From: a virus | Taxonomy: Duplodnaviria > Caudoviricetes | IMG/VR virus record: IMGVR_UViG_3300028115_001382 | Span: 1 to 61,284 of that record | Strand: one strand, 5' to 3' | DNA length: 61,284 nucleotides | In this document: positions 9,046-18,866 of the stretch, one piece after another | Numbering within the stretch: the first letter of the stretch is position 1 | Layout of the letters: each line of letters begins with the position of its first letter | The notes under the pieces: generated by a model | What the model saw: only the letters and a program-made list of their open reading frames with translations | What the model was told of the DNA's origin: nothing | The model's database searches: none | Position numbers and translations under genes: made by a program

Positions 9046-9733
9046 GTTTGTTTTTGATGTTGACGGGACTCTTACTCCAAGCCGTGGCAAAATGGATTAT
9101 CAATTTAAAGCATTCTTTAATACATTTTGCTTGGTAAATGATGTGTATCTTGTTACAGGCAGTGATAAAGAAAAAACTATAGAACAGATTGGCGAAACAT
9201 ATAACCTTGCTAAAGTTGTATACAATTGTAGTGGCAACGATGTATACAGTTCTGGTGTAAATATTCGAAGTAAAGAATGGACTGCTCCTAAAGAACTTAT
9301 GGATCTAATGTATGGTTGGCTACAAGCAAGCAGTTTTCCTTTACGCACAGGTAATCATATTGAAGAACGTCCAGGTTGTGTGAACTTTAGTATAGTTGGT
9401 AGAAATGCTACACTAGGTGAACGTAAATTATATATTAAACACGACTTAGAAAACAAAGAACGTGAAAGTATAGCATATCAAATCAATCTTGAGTTTCCAG
9501 AAATCACGGCAAAAGTAGGAGGAGAAACAGGCATTGATATCTATCCTACAGGCTGGGATAAAGGACAAATACTTGATGACTTTAATGATTTTGATCGTGT
9601 TATTTTCTTTGGTGACAAAATGGAACAAGATGGTAACGATTATCCACTAGCAAGTAAACTAAAACATCCTAGTAAAGCAATCCGTGTTACTGGATGGAAA
9701 GACACTTGGGAAAAGTTAAAAGAATATGCTTAA
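9038..9733 (+). CDS. HAD-family (eukaryote-type) phosphomannomutase
   Basis: FDVDGTLT, VTGSD, NFSIVGRNA, GIDIYPTGWDK, FFGDK...GNDYP. Confidence 0.85.
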   Translation: MNKFVFDVDGTLTPSRGKMDYQFKAFFNTFCLVNDVYLVTGSDKEKTIEQIGETYNLAKVVYNCSGNDVYSSGVNIRSKEWTAPKELMDLMYGWLQASSFPLRTGNHIEERPGCVNFSIVGRNATLGERKLYIKHDLENKERESIAYQINLEFPEITAKVGGETGIDIYPTGWDKGQILDDFNDFDRVIFFGDKMEQDGNDYPLASKLKHPSKAIRVTGWKDTWEKLKEYA

Positions 9734-10472
9734 AATAGGTATTGCTGGGTACGGGTATGTAGGACAAGCCCACCATCAAGCACTTAAAGAATATTATGAA
9801 ATACTAATTAGTGATCCTGACAAAGGACACTATGACGATTTACGACATTGTGATGCTATTATTGTATGTGTTTCTACACCAATGAATGAAGATGGTAGTT
9901 GTGATATGTCTAACGTAGACGCAGTGATTGATGATGCTAAAAATGTTCCTATTTTAATCAAAAGCACAATCAGCATAGAAGGCTGGCAAAATTTACGGGC
10001 TAATTTTACTCATGACAAAATTTGTTTTTCACCAGAATTTTTAAGAGCAGAGTCAGCACTAGACGATTTTAAAAATAATAACACTATTCTTATGGGCGGT
10101 GATGATATTGGATTTTGGCAAGATTTGTTTTTAAACGCTATGGGCAATATCAATATCTTTACTGCGACACCGGAAGAACTTATTCTTGTAAAATATTTCC
10201 GCAACAGTTTTCTAGCAACCAAAGTTGCTTTTTTTAATGAAATTTATGACTTGTGTGAAAACACAGATACTGACTACAAAAAAGTAGCAGAATACATTGG
10301 CTTGGATCCTCGTATTGGATCAAGTCATACAACAGTAACCAGTGAGCGTGGATTTGGAGGACATTGTTTTCCAAAAGACGTAAGTGCTATATTAAAAACG
10401 GCAGCTAATTTTGATAAAAATCTAAATATACTTGAAGCTGCTAACAACTATAATAAAAGGATCAGAAAGTGA
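9726..10472 (+). CDS. UDP-glucose/GDP-mannose dehydrogenase family (short form)
   Basis: GYGYVG, IKST, SPEFLR, GFGGHCFPKD. Confidence 0.88.
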   Translation: MLKIGIAGYGYVGQAHHQALKEYYEILISDPDKGHYDDLRHCDAIIVCVSTPMNEDGSCDMSNVDAVIDDAKNVPILIKSTISIEGWQNLRANFTHDKICFSPEFLRAESALDDFKNNNTILMGGDDIGFWQDLFLNAMGNINIFTATPEELILVKYFRNSFLATKVAFFNEIYDLCENTDTDYKKVAEYIGLDPRIGSSHTTVTSERGFGGHCFPKDVSAILKTAANFDKNLNILEAANNYNKRIRK

Positions 10473-10612
10473 TAGAAATAAAACCAGACCCTACCTTGAA
10501 CGAACTTAGAAAAATATTCAACCAACATGGTTTAGAATTTTATATTAAGAAACAAAAAGGGTCTGTTGTTAAAGTTCACTTTATGATCACAGAGGAAGAA
10601 GAAAATACTTGA
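10469..10612 (+). CDS. small hypothetical protein (47 aa, GTG start)
   Basis: GTGA overlap with the upstream stop; open to TGA 10612. Confidence 0.5.
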   Translation: MIEIKPDPTLNELRKIFNQHGLEFYIKKQKGSVVKVHFMITEEEENT

Positions 10613-10637
10613 CTTTCGACAACATAGGCTTTATACT
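10609..10637 (+). promoter_or_regulatory. sigma70-type promoter
   Basis: TTGACT-N17-TATACT. Confidence 0.7.
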
Positions 10638-10656
10638 AACACAATAGGAGACAAAC

Positions 10657-11385
10657 ATGAAAGACATTCTAAAAGACATTATTGATCACACGCATAAACT
10701 AGGATTTATTGCGCAGTTAAAAGTTACAAATGATAACGATACTGTAATTGAATCTATGGCAGAAGACAGAAGTGTGATTATGACAGCAACAACACACTCT
10801 CCAGTGGCAGAATTTACAGGTACATTTGGTATGCCCAACTTAGACAAGTTGAATTATCATTTGAACAATCCAGAATACAAAGAGGATGCTAAGATTGAAG
10901 TAGTTCAAGGAGAAAGCAATGGTGAAAAAATGCCAACACATATTCACTTTGAAAACAGGTCTAGCGACTTCCAGAATGACTATCGTTTTATGAATAAAGC
11001 ACACATCGAAGAAAAGTTGAAAAGTGTGACTTATAAAGGTAACAGTTGGGATGTAGAAATTACTCCAAACATTGCTAGTATTGAACGTATGAAACTAATG
11101 GCAGGCGGTAATAGCGAAGAAGTACTTTTCCAAGTTCGCACAGTTGATAACAATTTGAACTTTTACTTTGGTGAAGAAAATACACACAGTGGTTGGTTAA
11201 CTTTCCAGCATGGTGTTGAAGGCACACTTTCTCATACTTGGGCATGGCCTATTTCACAAACACTTGCTATTTTAAATTTGTTTGGTGAGAAAACAATGAA
11301 AATTACAGACCAAGGCGCTATGATGATCAGTGTTGATAGCGGAATGGCACAGTATGATTACATTTTACCAGCACAGCAGAAATAA
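10657..11385 (+). CDS. putative sliding clamp/processivity factor-like protein
   Basis: 242 aa two-repeat alpha/beta pattern ending YDYILPA; replication context (inference). Confidence 0.45.
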   Translation: MKDILKDIIDHTHKLGFIAQLKVTNDNDTVIESMAEDRSVIMTATTHSPVAEFTGTFGMPNLDKLNYHLNNPEYKEDAKIEVVQGESNGEKMPTHIHFENRSSDFQNDYRFMNKAHIEEKLKSVTYKGNSWDVEITPNIASIERMKLMAGGNSEEVLFQVRTVDNNLNFYFGEENTHSGWLTFQHGVEGTLSHTWAWPISQTLAILNLFGEKTMKITDQGAMMISVDSGMAQYDYILPAQQK

Positions 11386-11388
11386 TGA

Positions 11389-12993
11389 ATGAAAACAAAT
11401 CTCACAGAATCGCAAAAAGACTACTCTGTATTTTTACCTAGTATCAGTGGATTTTATGCTACATTTATAGGCAAACAAAGATACAGCGAATACGTAGAGC
11501 AAGCACGTATACCTAAAGGTATTGGCACTGTTGAAAGTCTTAATTTTTTGAATCCTAATGAAGGAGCGTTCCATTACAAATGGGCGCTCTATTCTGCTGG
11601 ACATGCCGACTTAGATGTAACCAAGCATGTAGAAAAAGAAGATATGTGTCGTAACCGTGACAGAGATAATTCATGGTTGCTTGGTGACTCGGGTGGATTC
11701 CAAATTGCTAAAGGATTATGGCCTGGTGATTGGACTAGTGAAACTTGTCCACATGCTAACAAGAAGCGTGAGCTGGTTGTAAACTGGATGGAAGCATATA
11801 TGGACTATGGTATGATGCTTGATATTCCAACATGGACATTCCAAAGTCCTAAAGCAGCCGAAGCAGCAAATATCCGTAGTTATGATGACGCTGTGAAAGC
11901 AACACACATTAATGCTCGTTATTATATGAAACATCGTCGAGGCAACTTTAAAGTATTAAACGTCCTACAAGGAAGTAATCATACAAACGCAGATAGTTGG
12001 TATGAAGAATTTAAAGGTTACTGTGATCCAAAACAATATCCTGATACACATTTTAATGGTTGGGCTATGGGTGGACAGAACATGTGTGATGTACACTTAA
12101 TTTTGCGTAGACTAGTTCATATGATACATGACGGATTGTTAGAAGAAGGACTTCACGATGTGATGCACTTTCTTGGTACAAGCAAACTAGAGTGGGCTGT
12201 TCTACTTACAGATATTCAACGAGCAGTGCGTAAATATCATAATCCTAATTTTATGATTACATATGATTGTGCGTCTCCATTCTTAGCTACTGCTAATGGA
12301 CAAATTTATCATAGTATTAGGACAGAACATAAAGGCAAATGGAGTTACATGATGTCTGCTAGTGCTGATGCTTTATTGTACTCAACTGATACACGTAAAT
12401 TTAGCGAAGCTGTTGTAGCAGATAAGATACTTCCAGCATTTGAGGATTCTCCTATCAGCGAAACACTACAAATGAAAGATATTTGTATCTATAAAGAAGG
12501 TGATAAAAACAAAGTTGGTGCTATTAAAGTCAAAGCAGGTGATGTTGAATTAGATAAAGAAGGCAATCCAGTGCTTGACGAAAATGGATCGCCAGATAAA
12601 GATGACAAAGACTATAATCCAAATTATGGACAGCCTATAATTAGAAAAAAAGACAGCACAAGCTGGGATAGTTTTAGTTACGCACTACAAATGGGGCATA
12701 ATGTTTGGATGCATATCGAAAGCACACAACGAGCAAACGAGCTTTATGATAAAGGAGAATATCCTTACATGATGGTGTATGATAAAAGTAATAATTATCA
12801 TGTTTTTAGAGAAGTAGTAGACGAAATCTTTGCTCAAAAAGACAGAGAAAAAAGTTTAGCAGTTATTGACAAATATGGCACTGCTACTCAGCATCCTAGT
12901 TTATGGACACATATTATTGGCACTCGACTTAAAATTGGAAAAAAAGCACTTACAGCAGAGGCAAAATTTGACGAATTATTTGAGGTAAAATAA
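11389..12993 (+). CDS. TGT-fold transglycosylase, DpdA-like (7-deazaguanine insertion)
   Basis: DSGGFQ, MLDIP, VLQG, HFLG, TYDCASP motifs; neighbouring queD/folE/queE. Confidence 0.75.
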   Translation: MKTNLTESQKDYSVFLPSISGFYATFIGKQRYSEYVEQARIPKGIGTVESLNFLNPNEGAFHYKWALYSAGHADLDVTKHVEKEDMCRNRDRDNSWLLGDSGGFQIAKGLWPGDWTSETCPHANKKRELVVNWMEAYMDYGMMLDIPTWTFQSPKAAEAANIRSYDDAVKATHINARYYMKHRRGNFKVLNVLQGSNHTNADSWYEEFKGYCDPKQYPDTHFNGWAMGGQNMCDVHLILRRLVHMIHDGLLEEGLHDVMHFLGTSKLEWAVLLTDIQRAVRKYHNPNFMITYDCASPFLATANGQIYHSIRTEHKGKWSYMMSASADALLYSTDTRKFSEAVVADKILPAFEDSPISETLQMKDICIYKEGDKNKVGAIKVKAGDVELDKEGNPVLDENGSPDKDDKDYNPNYGQPIIRKKDSTSWDSFSYALQMGHNVWMHIESTQRANELYDKGEYPYMMVYDKSNNYHVFREVVDEIFAQKDREKSLAVIDKYGTATQHPSLWTHIIGTRLKIGKKALTAEAKFDELFEVK

Positions 12994-13184
12994 TGACAGA
13001 CATTGGAAGTATCGAAAGTCATATTAACGAATTGGTTAAAAAACATAGAAAACTTGATAACGATATTTTAGAGTTACAAAAATCATATACTGTAAACGAA
13101 GATATACGTAGGTTAAAAACACAGAAACTTTGGTACAAAGATGAAATACATCGTTATAAAAAAATACTTGAGAGTTTGAAATAA
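12993..13184 (+). CDS. DUF465/YdcH-like coiled-coil protein
   Basis: HRKLDNDI...LKTQKLWYKDEI. Confidence 0.6.
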   Translation: MTDIGSIESHINELVKKHRKLDNDILELQKSYTVNEDIRRLKTQKLWYKDEIHRYKKILESLK

Positions 13185-13357
13185 TGGATGAAGAAGAAAA
13201 ACGTTTAAGACTAGAAACTATTGAAATAGCATTAGAAGATATAGAAACTATTATTGCTAATATGGAAGAAAAAAACTATCCAAAAAATGAGATCAATGAA
13301 TACTATAAAAAACGTTGGGATCTTTGGCAGGAACAATATAGAACGAGGAAAGCATGA
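13184..13357 (+). CDS. small hypothetical protein (57 aa, not in track)
   Basis: TAATG and ATGA coupling at both ends. Confidence 0.6.
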   Translation: MDEEEKRLRLETIEIALEDIETIIANMEEKNYPKNEINEYYKKRWDLWQEQYRTRKA

Positions 13358-13881
13358 AAAGAGTATATGATCAAGGAACTAATATTGAGGATGCTCAATA
13401 CTTTGTCGGTACTGAAGTAGAAAAGACACCTCAACATGGAAAGAAAACATTGTTTGTTGTTGGGATCAAAGACATTGACGAAATTTGTACATTAGCCGAA
13501 TACCACGGTTGTAAACATATTTACTGTGGTGCTAACATGAGTTTTAATGTAACAGAAAATACAAGTAGCCAATGGAAACCTTGGGAAGATATGGTACTGC
13601 CTTTACTGAGTAAAGGGTATTGGGTAACATTAGATATAGATGTTTCGCAAATTGAAGGCTTATTAGAAAGTGGATTTACAGAACATAATAGGTTTATTCC
13701 AATGGTAAGTGTGAAACTACCTTATATTAATCAATTAGGATATAATGCTTGTTTAAAAATTGATGATAAAGATTTTGATGCTACAAACCCTGGTGTATGG
13801 GTCCATAAGGTACATGATTTACAAACACGTGAAACATTTACTGATTGGTCTAAATACACCACAGATACAATTATAGGTTGA
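13354..13881 (+). CDS. hypothetical protein within the deazaguanine cluster
   Basis: ORF between the TGT-like and QueD-like genes; KIDDKDF...NPGVW. Confidence 0.7.
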   Translation: MKRVYDQGTNIEDAQYFVGTEVEKTPQHGKKTLFVVGIKDIDEICTLAEYHGCKHIYCGANMSFNVTENTSSQWKPWEDMVLPLLSKGYWVTLDIDVSQIEGLLESGFTEHNRFIPMVSVKLPYINQLGYNACLKIDDKDFDATNPGVWVHKVHDLQTRETFTDWSKYTTDTIIG

Positions 13882-13906
13882 CAATATGTCACAAGAACGC
13901 TATTAT
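13878..13906 (+). promoter_or_regulatory. sigma70-type promoter
   Basis: TTGACA-N17-TATTAT; in-frame ATG 13913 lies 6 nt after the -10 box. Confidence 0.6.
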
Positions 13907-14335
13907 GAATACATGCTAAGACGCACAAGAGAGGAAGATGCTAAATTGAATAAAGCACTAGAAAATGCTAAACGTAGTATTTGGGTTACATTTCGTAAAG
14001 AAGGTATCCATTTGTATCCTGCGGCAAAAGACGATCCAGCACTAGCAACAGGTGGCTGGGATGACGTAAGTTTTTTAGGTGTGGCTCATAGACACATCTT
14101 TCATTTTAAGGTACAAATTCAAGTTACACATAATGATCGTGACATTGAATTTATTCAGTTCAAGCGTTGGCTAGAAAGTCTTTATGACGACAAGGTTATT
14201 GAACTAAACCACAAATCATGTGAAATGATCGCAGATGACTTGTACACACAGATTAACGCAAAGTATCCCGGCCGCTTTGTTGTTATTGATGTCGCCGAAG
14301 ATGGCGAAAATGGCTGTCAAATTGTTTACCCATAG
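13886..14335 (+). CDS. queD: 6-pyruvoyl-tetrahydropterin synthase/QueD-like T-fold protein
   Basis: EGIH, HRHIFH, IEF, SCEMIA, EDGENG. Confidence 0.65.
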   Translation: MSQERYYEYMLRRTREEDAKLNKALENAKRSIWVTFRKEGIHLYPAAKDDPALATGGWDDVSFLGVAHRHIFHFKVQIQVTHNDRDIEFIQFKRWLESLYDDKVIELNHKSCEMIADDLYTQINAKYPGRFVVIDVAEDGENGCQIVYP

Positions 14336-14353
14336 TAAAAAGGAATTAGGTAA

Positions 14354-14542
14354 ATGAGTATCACTAACCAAGTGGTGAATAAGATTTTTAATGATCTTGA
14401 TGAGTATCGCGACTACTGTCGTTTTGAAGGTAAAGTGTTTGACGAAAAAGCACTTTATAAAAAGTCTGACCGCAATTGGCAGGCTTATGAAAAATATCGT
14501 AATTGGCTTCGTGCTAAGGCTCGGGCGAAAGGACGTAGATAA
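14354..14542 (+). CDS. hypothetical protein
   Basis: ORF with SD; IFNDLDEYRDYCRFEG. Confidence 0.65.
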   Translation: MSITNQVVNKIFNDLDEYRDYCRFEGKVFDEKALYKKSDRNWQAYEKYRNWLRAKARAKGRR

Positions 14543-15717
14543 TGCGTAAACTGTTTTACATGGGACTAGAACCCTATGAAGGCAGGTACACATTACAATT
14601 GACAGACTGGTCACGTAGAGCTTTTGTTCGACGTGGTGTTGATTGGATAAATGTACCTGGTACAACTATTGACAACACAAAAGCTATTCAAGTAGGTCAA
14701 GTATTAGACGCACATGGCCGTTCCTACTTTGCTATGTCGCAAATGATGAACTTGGTACAAATGATGCGTAACGGTGAAGTCACAGGCGAAGATGTTATTT
14801 TCTTTGAAGACATGTTCCAGCCCGGTATGGAATCGTTGCCTTACATTATGGATCAGATTCCTACAGAACAACGCCCACAAGTTTGGATACGTTGTTTAGC
14901 ACAGGCAGTAGATCCAGATGACTTTGTACACGTTTGGGGTATGAGCAAGTGGATGAGTTTGTATGAAGAAATGTGTAACGAGTTTGTTACTGGTGTATTA
15001 GCAAGTAATGAAGAAATGGTTGCGCATATGAAGATTGCTAACTGGAAAGCGCCTATTTACAACATCAGTGGACTAGCATTTGATAAGACAGAAGTTGCGC
15101 TACGGATTGGTGAAATCAATACTTGGGAAAAGCGTGATAATCGTGTTGTGTTTGCCGCACGTTTTGATCAAGAAAAACAGCCAGATTTCTTTATGGATAT
15201 GATTGAAGAATGGTACGGCACTCCAGGTACAATGGATGTAGAATTTGCTATTTTACAGGGTGGTCCATTACGCAGTAACAATCAAAAGTACATTGAACGT
15301 GCTAGAAAAATGGAAGAGCGTGGACAATTAAAAATTTATGAAAATTTAAAGAAAAATGAATACTATGATATTGTAAATCACAGCAAAGTTTTGTTTAATT
15401 GTGCGTTACAAGATTGGACAAGTAATACTGTAAGTGAAGCAGACGCACTAGGATGTAATGTACTATTCCCAGCATATCGCAGTTTTCCAGAAATCTTCAA
15501 TAACGATCATACAAGGCTGTATATTCCTTGGAGCATTGAAGACGCAATAAACAAACTTACACCTTTACTAAATCAGCCACACAAAGATATTGGTAAAATT
15601 AGTGATTGGACAAGCTACACTATTGATCGTTACATTGATATTATGAATGGTAACGGAGAACAATGGCGTAGAGATGATAACAGATATAGAGATCATGTAG
15701 CAACAAGGAAATACTAA
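14542..15717 (+). CDS. GT-B glycosyltransferase
   Basis: FAARFDQEKQP; SEADALGCNVLFP..FPE, GT4-like. Confidence 0.75.
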   Translation: MRKLFYMGLEPYEGRYTLQLTDWSRRAFVRRGVDWINVPGTTIDNTKAIQVGQVLDAHGRSYFAMSQMMNLVQMMRNGEVTGEDVIFFEDMFQPGMESLPYIMDQIPTEQRPQVWIRCLAQAVDPDDFVHVWGMSKWMSLYEEMCNEFVTGVLASNEEMVAHMKIANWKAPIYNISGLAFDKTEVALRIGEINTWEKRDNRVVFAARFDQEKQPDFFMDMIEEWYGTPGTMDVEFAILQGGPLRSNNQKYIERARKMEERGQLKIYENLKKNEYYDIVNHSKVLFNCALQDWTSNTVSEADALGCNVLFPAYRSFPEIFNNDHTRLYIPWSIEDAINKLTPLLNQPHKDIGKISDWTSYTIDRYIDIMNGNGEQWRRDDNRYRDHVATRKY

Positions 15718-16187
15718 TGAAAGAGTATTACTTCCCTTTAGCAAAGTATGCTGCTCCGGCCCAGTTTAAAACTGAAATGGAACAACTTGGAATACATAGG
15801 TATATTTACGCCATCATTGATACACAAGAACTGTTGAAATGGGGACTAGGTACAGGTGATCGCATTCCAAGACAAGTAGAAGGCATGGAAGGCTGGACAC
15901 ACAAGTTTAATGGATTTGCTGCTAAACAATTACGCAAGGAATTAGTTGAAAATCGTTTGGATATTGTTCGCAACGACATTACAATTTGTGTAAGAGATTA
16001 TACAGATGAGTTTAATGAGCGTTGGGATACTTATGGAAAAGAATTTGCCGAAGCTTTCCTTAGCAATAGAGAACGTGATGCTATTTTAGCAGAAAAAAGA
16101 CGTCCTTTGCTAAACAAACAAGTTCCTAAAAAGCGTATCGAAAAGCCCAGTACAGTGGATGGTCCTTTATTTGAGTTTGCTACATGA
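15717..16187 (+). CDS. hypothetical protein (weak GIY-YIG-like pattern)
   Basis: YIYAI...LKWG...R. Confidence 0.45.
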   Translation: MKEYYFPLAKYAAPAQFKTEMEQLGIHRYIYAIIDTQELLKWGLGTGDRIPRQVEGMEGWTHKFNGFAAKQLRKELVENRLDIVRNDITICVRDYTDEFNERWDTYGKEFAEAFLSNRERDAILAEKRRPLLNKQVPKKRIEKPSTVDGPLFEFAT

Positions 16188-17062
16188 GAGTACTTGTTAC
16201 AGGCGCAACAGGTTATATCGGTAGTCATGTATGTAAACTACTAGCAGAGCACGGACATGAAGTTTGGGGTTTTGACAAAAACATACACGGCGAATTTAAT
16301 GATGTAGAACATTATTGCCATAAGTTTTGGATTCAAGATATTATGGACAAATACTTACATGGCAGAGCTGATGCTGTTGTACATTTGGCAGGACGCAGTG
16401 TTGTTCCAGACAGTCTTAAAGAGCCTACTGAGTACTATAGAGTAAATGTTATGGGTACAAAAAATGCTGTGGAAAGTTTACAGCATGATCATTTTTTATT
16501 TGCCAGCACTAGCAGTGCTTGGGAAATGGCATCACCATATGCTCGTAGCAAAGTGGCAGCAGAAGATGTGATAAAGGAGAAAGCCAATGGATACACTATC
16601 TTTAGATTTTTTAACGTATCTGGTACTGACGGCGTTCATCGTCAATTGGGTGCTCCTACCCATCTTATTCGTGTCGCTGCTATGGTGGCTTCTGGCAAGA
16701 TACCAGACCTTAAGATCTTTGGTACGGACTATGATACTAGGGATGGCACTTGCATTCGTGATTATATTCATGTTGTTGATTTGGCTAGAGCCATTGTCAA
16801 CGCCGTTGAACGAGGCCCCGCCAATACACCGTATGAATGTTTAGGCAGTAATGTTGGGTATAGTGTTAAGGAAGTAATTAGCACTATGGAAAATGTTACT
16901 GGGAAGAAGTTAAATACCATAGAAGCACCTCGCAGAGAAGGTGACGCCGTCAGTAGTGTAGTAGATAAACTCAGCGATCTTGTTACACTTAATAAAACAA
17001 TAGAGGATATGTGTTATGACCAATATAAGCTCGAGCTCCGTAAGCACAATTACGTTGTCTGA
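16184..17062 (+). CDS. galE: UDP-glucose 4-epimerase-like
   Basis: TGATGYIGSH, YARSK, FRFFNV, DGTCIRDYIHVVDLA, RREGD. Confidence 0.9.
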   Translation: MRVLVTGATGYIGSHVCKLLAEHGHEVWGFDKNIHGEFNDVEHYCHKFWIQDIMDKYLHGRADAVVHLAGRSVVPDSLKEPTEYYRVNVMGTKNAVESLQHDHFLFASTSSAWEMASPYARSKVAAEDVIKEKANGYTIFRFFNVSGTDGVHRQLGAPTHLIRVAAMVASGKIPDLKIFGTDYDTRDGTCIRDYIHVVDLARAIVNAVERGPANTPYECLGSNVGYSVKEVISTMENVTGKKLNTIEAPRREGDAVSSVVDKLSDLVTLNKTIEDMCYDQYKLELRKHNYVV

Positions 17063-17339
17063 ATGTAATACAACGTGTGATATATCTATTAATACTGATC
17101 TTTTAACAATTGATACAAATGATATTGAGGATATAGTATTAACAATAGATGAGGATTCAACCTTTACTATTGGATATAAAGATTTTCAAGACAAAATGCC
17201 CGATATAACCAAAGTACACAACATGTGCGGATACTATCCAGCTTTACAAAAAGCATATGAAAATTTTAAAAGCATTTATCAAATGGTAGAACAGGATTAT
17301 ATTGGAAATTATCAAGAAGACGATGAACTTCCATTCTAG
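17016..17339 (+). CDS. hypothetical protein
   Basis: YPALQKAYENFKSIY C-terminal segment. Confidence 0.6.
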   Translation: MTNISSSSVSTITLSECNTTCDISINTDLLTIDTNDIEDIVLTIDEDSTFTIGYKDFQDKMPDITKVHNMCGYYPALQKAYENFKSIYQMVEQDYIGNYQEDDELPF

Positions 17340-18255
17340 TTGTTCAGCACTTTATAGTCATACTAATATAAGGGGAGGCAATCGTGTCTTCCCTTGTTGT
17401 CGTTACAAAACACCTATACAAACATTTGACGGCGATGTAGGTAATATATTACACAGCAAAGAATATAAAGAACTACGTGAAAACTTTACTATTGATGATC
17501 CAAATTGTGCTAAATGTAAGCATGAAGAAAGTTTGGGTAAAGAAAGTTTACGTGAATGGTTTAACAAAACTTATCCTTTTACAGTTTCGTTAAGGTATTT
17601 AGAAGTAGGCTTTGACAACATATGTGATCTAACATGTGATGGGTGCTGGGAGGAATGGAGTAGTAGTTGGTGGGTAAAGAAAAACCCTGATCTTCCTCCA
17701 AAGCAAGGAATTACAAGCACTACAGAATTTAGAAATATACCAGAAAGTATTAGCAAAGTTGTTTTCCTTGGTGGAGAACCTTTAATGACAAACAGACATA
17801 GGAAGTTCTTGGAATCATTTGATACCTTAGAGCATTTAGAGGTCGAATACTTCACTAACGGTATGCATAAACTACAAGAAGATGATTATCGTTTACTTGA
17901 TCAATGTAAGCGTGTTCATTTTACTATAAGTATTGACGGAGTAGGCGTACTTAATGAAAACGTGCGTAAGGGAAGTATTTGGAGTAGAGTGTTAAAAACA
18001 CTAGAAGAAATATCAGATACTTTTGACTACACTATTCATACAACACTACACAAAAATAACTGGCAAGGATTGCCTGATTTGTTTAATTTTACAAAAAAAT
18101 ATAAAAAATGGACAATAAATCTCTTGACATATCCAAAAAATTTAGATATAATAAACTTAGAGCAGTCTGATAAAGATAAACTTATAAAAATACTTAAAAC
18201 ATATGAAATACCAAATAGGCAATATATTGAGGCGCACATGAAAGGAGAAGCATGA
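17323..18255 (+). CDS. radical SAM protein with N-terminal twitch-like Cys cluster
   Basis: PCC...CAKC; CDLTCDGC; GGEP. Confidence 0.85.
   Translation: MNFHSSCSALYSHTNIRGGNRVFPCCRYKTPIQTFDGDVGNILHSKEYKELRENFTIDDPNCAKCKHEESLGKESLREWFNKTYPFTVSLRYLEVGFDNICDLTCDGCWEEWSSSWWVKKNPDLPPKQGITSTTEFRNIPESISKVVFLGGEPLMTNRHRKFLESFDTLEHLEVEYFTNGMHKLQEDDYRLLDQCKRVHFTISIDGVGVLNENVRKGSIWSRVLKTLEEISDTFDYTIHTTLHKNNWQGLPDLFNFTKKYKKWTINLLTYPKNLDIINLEQSDKDKLIKILKTYEIPNRQYIEAHMKGEA
18124..18152 (+). promoter_or_regulatory. perfect sigma70 consensus inside the radical SAM CDS
   Basis: TTGACA-N17-TATAAT. Confidence 0.6.
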
Positions 18256-18866
18256 TGGACATGCGCAGTTACGAGGAGTGGCAATCACATGCTGCTGAAC
18301 AAAGTTCAGTAGAAGAAGTCACTTGGAGCAAAAACGATTTACTTACCCTTAACTGGGATGCTACTTATATGACAGATGAAATTCCAAAAAATAGTGATTG
18401 GAATACATTTGCTACAAAAAACAAAAAACAATTAGAAGCAATGTACAAACAATGGGGAGTACCTAAGGAAGGTAGTTTACATTATATGTGTATTAGACCT
18501 GAATTAACAAAAGGTTTAAGTTCTATTGTTACACCCTTTGCTCATATGAAGTTTAATTACAATTTTTTGAAGCTAACATCTGGATGTAGTTTGATGTGGC
18601 ATTTTGACACTTATGCTACGTTTGTTAAATTTAACGGAATAGAAGAAGACAATGTTCATAATGTCTGTCGTACAGTAATAATGATGAACGATTGGGACAG
18701 AGGTCAAGTATTACAAGTTGGCAATGAAGTATATACACACTGGGAAGCAGGTGATACATATACATGGAAAGGTGATACATGGCATGGTATGTCTAATTTT
18801 GGTCCAAACGATTGTATAGTATCACAGATCACTTTTTTGGACGAAAATGACAAATATACCCAATGA
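18252..18866 (+). CDS. 2OG-Fe(II) oxygenase/cupin-like protein
   Basis: WHFD...WHGMSN; paralog of 4579. Confidence 0.65.
   Translation: MMDMRSYEEWQSHAAEQSSVEEVTWSKNDLLTLNWDATYMTDEIPKNSDWNTFATKNKKQLEAMYKQWGVPKEGSLHYMCIRPELTKGLSSIVTPFAHMKFNYNFLKLTSGCSLMWHFDTYATFVKFNGIEEDNVHNVCRTVIMMNDWDRGQVLQVGNEVYTHWEAGDTYTWKGDTWHGMSNFGPNDCIVSQITFLDENDKYTQ

Noticed and set aside
11389-12993. Canonical tRNA-guanine transglycosylase (tgt)
   Set aside because: Lacks the CxCxxC Zn site and is highly divergent; gene symbol withheld
15717-16187. GIY-YIG homing endonuclease
   Set aside because: Only a weak YIY...KWG resemblance; not enough to call a mobile element
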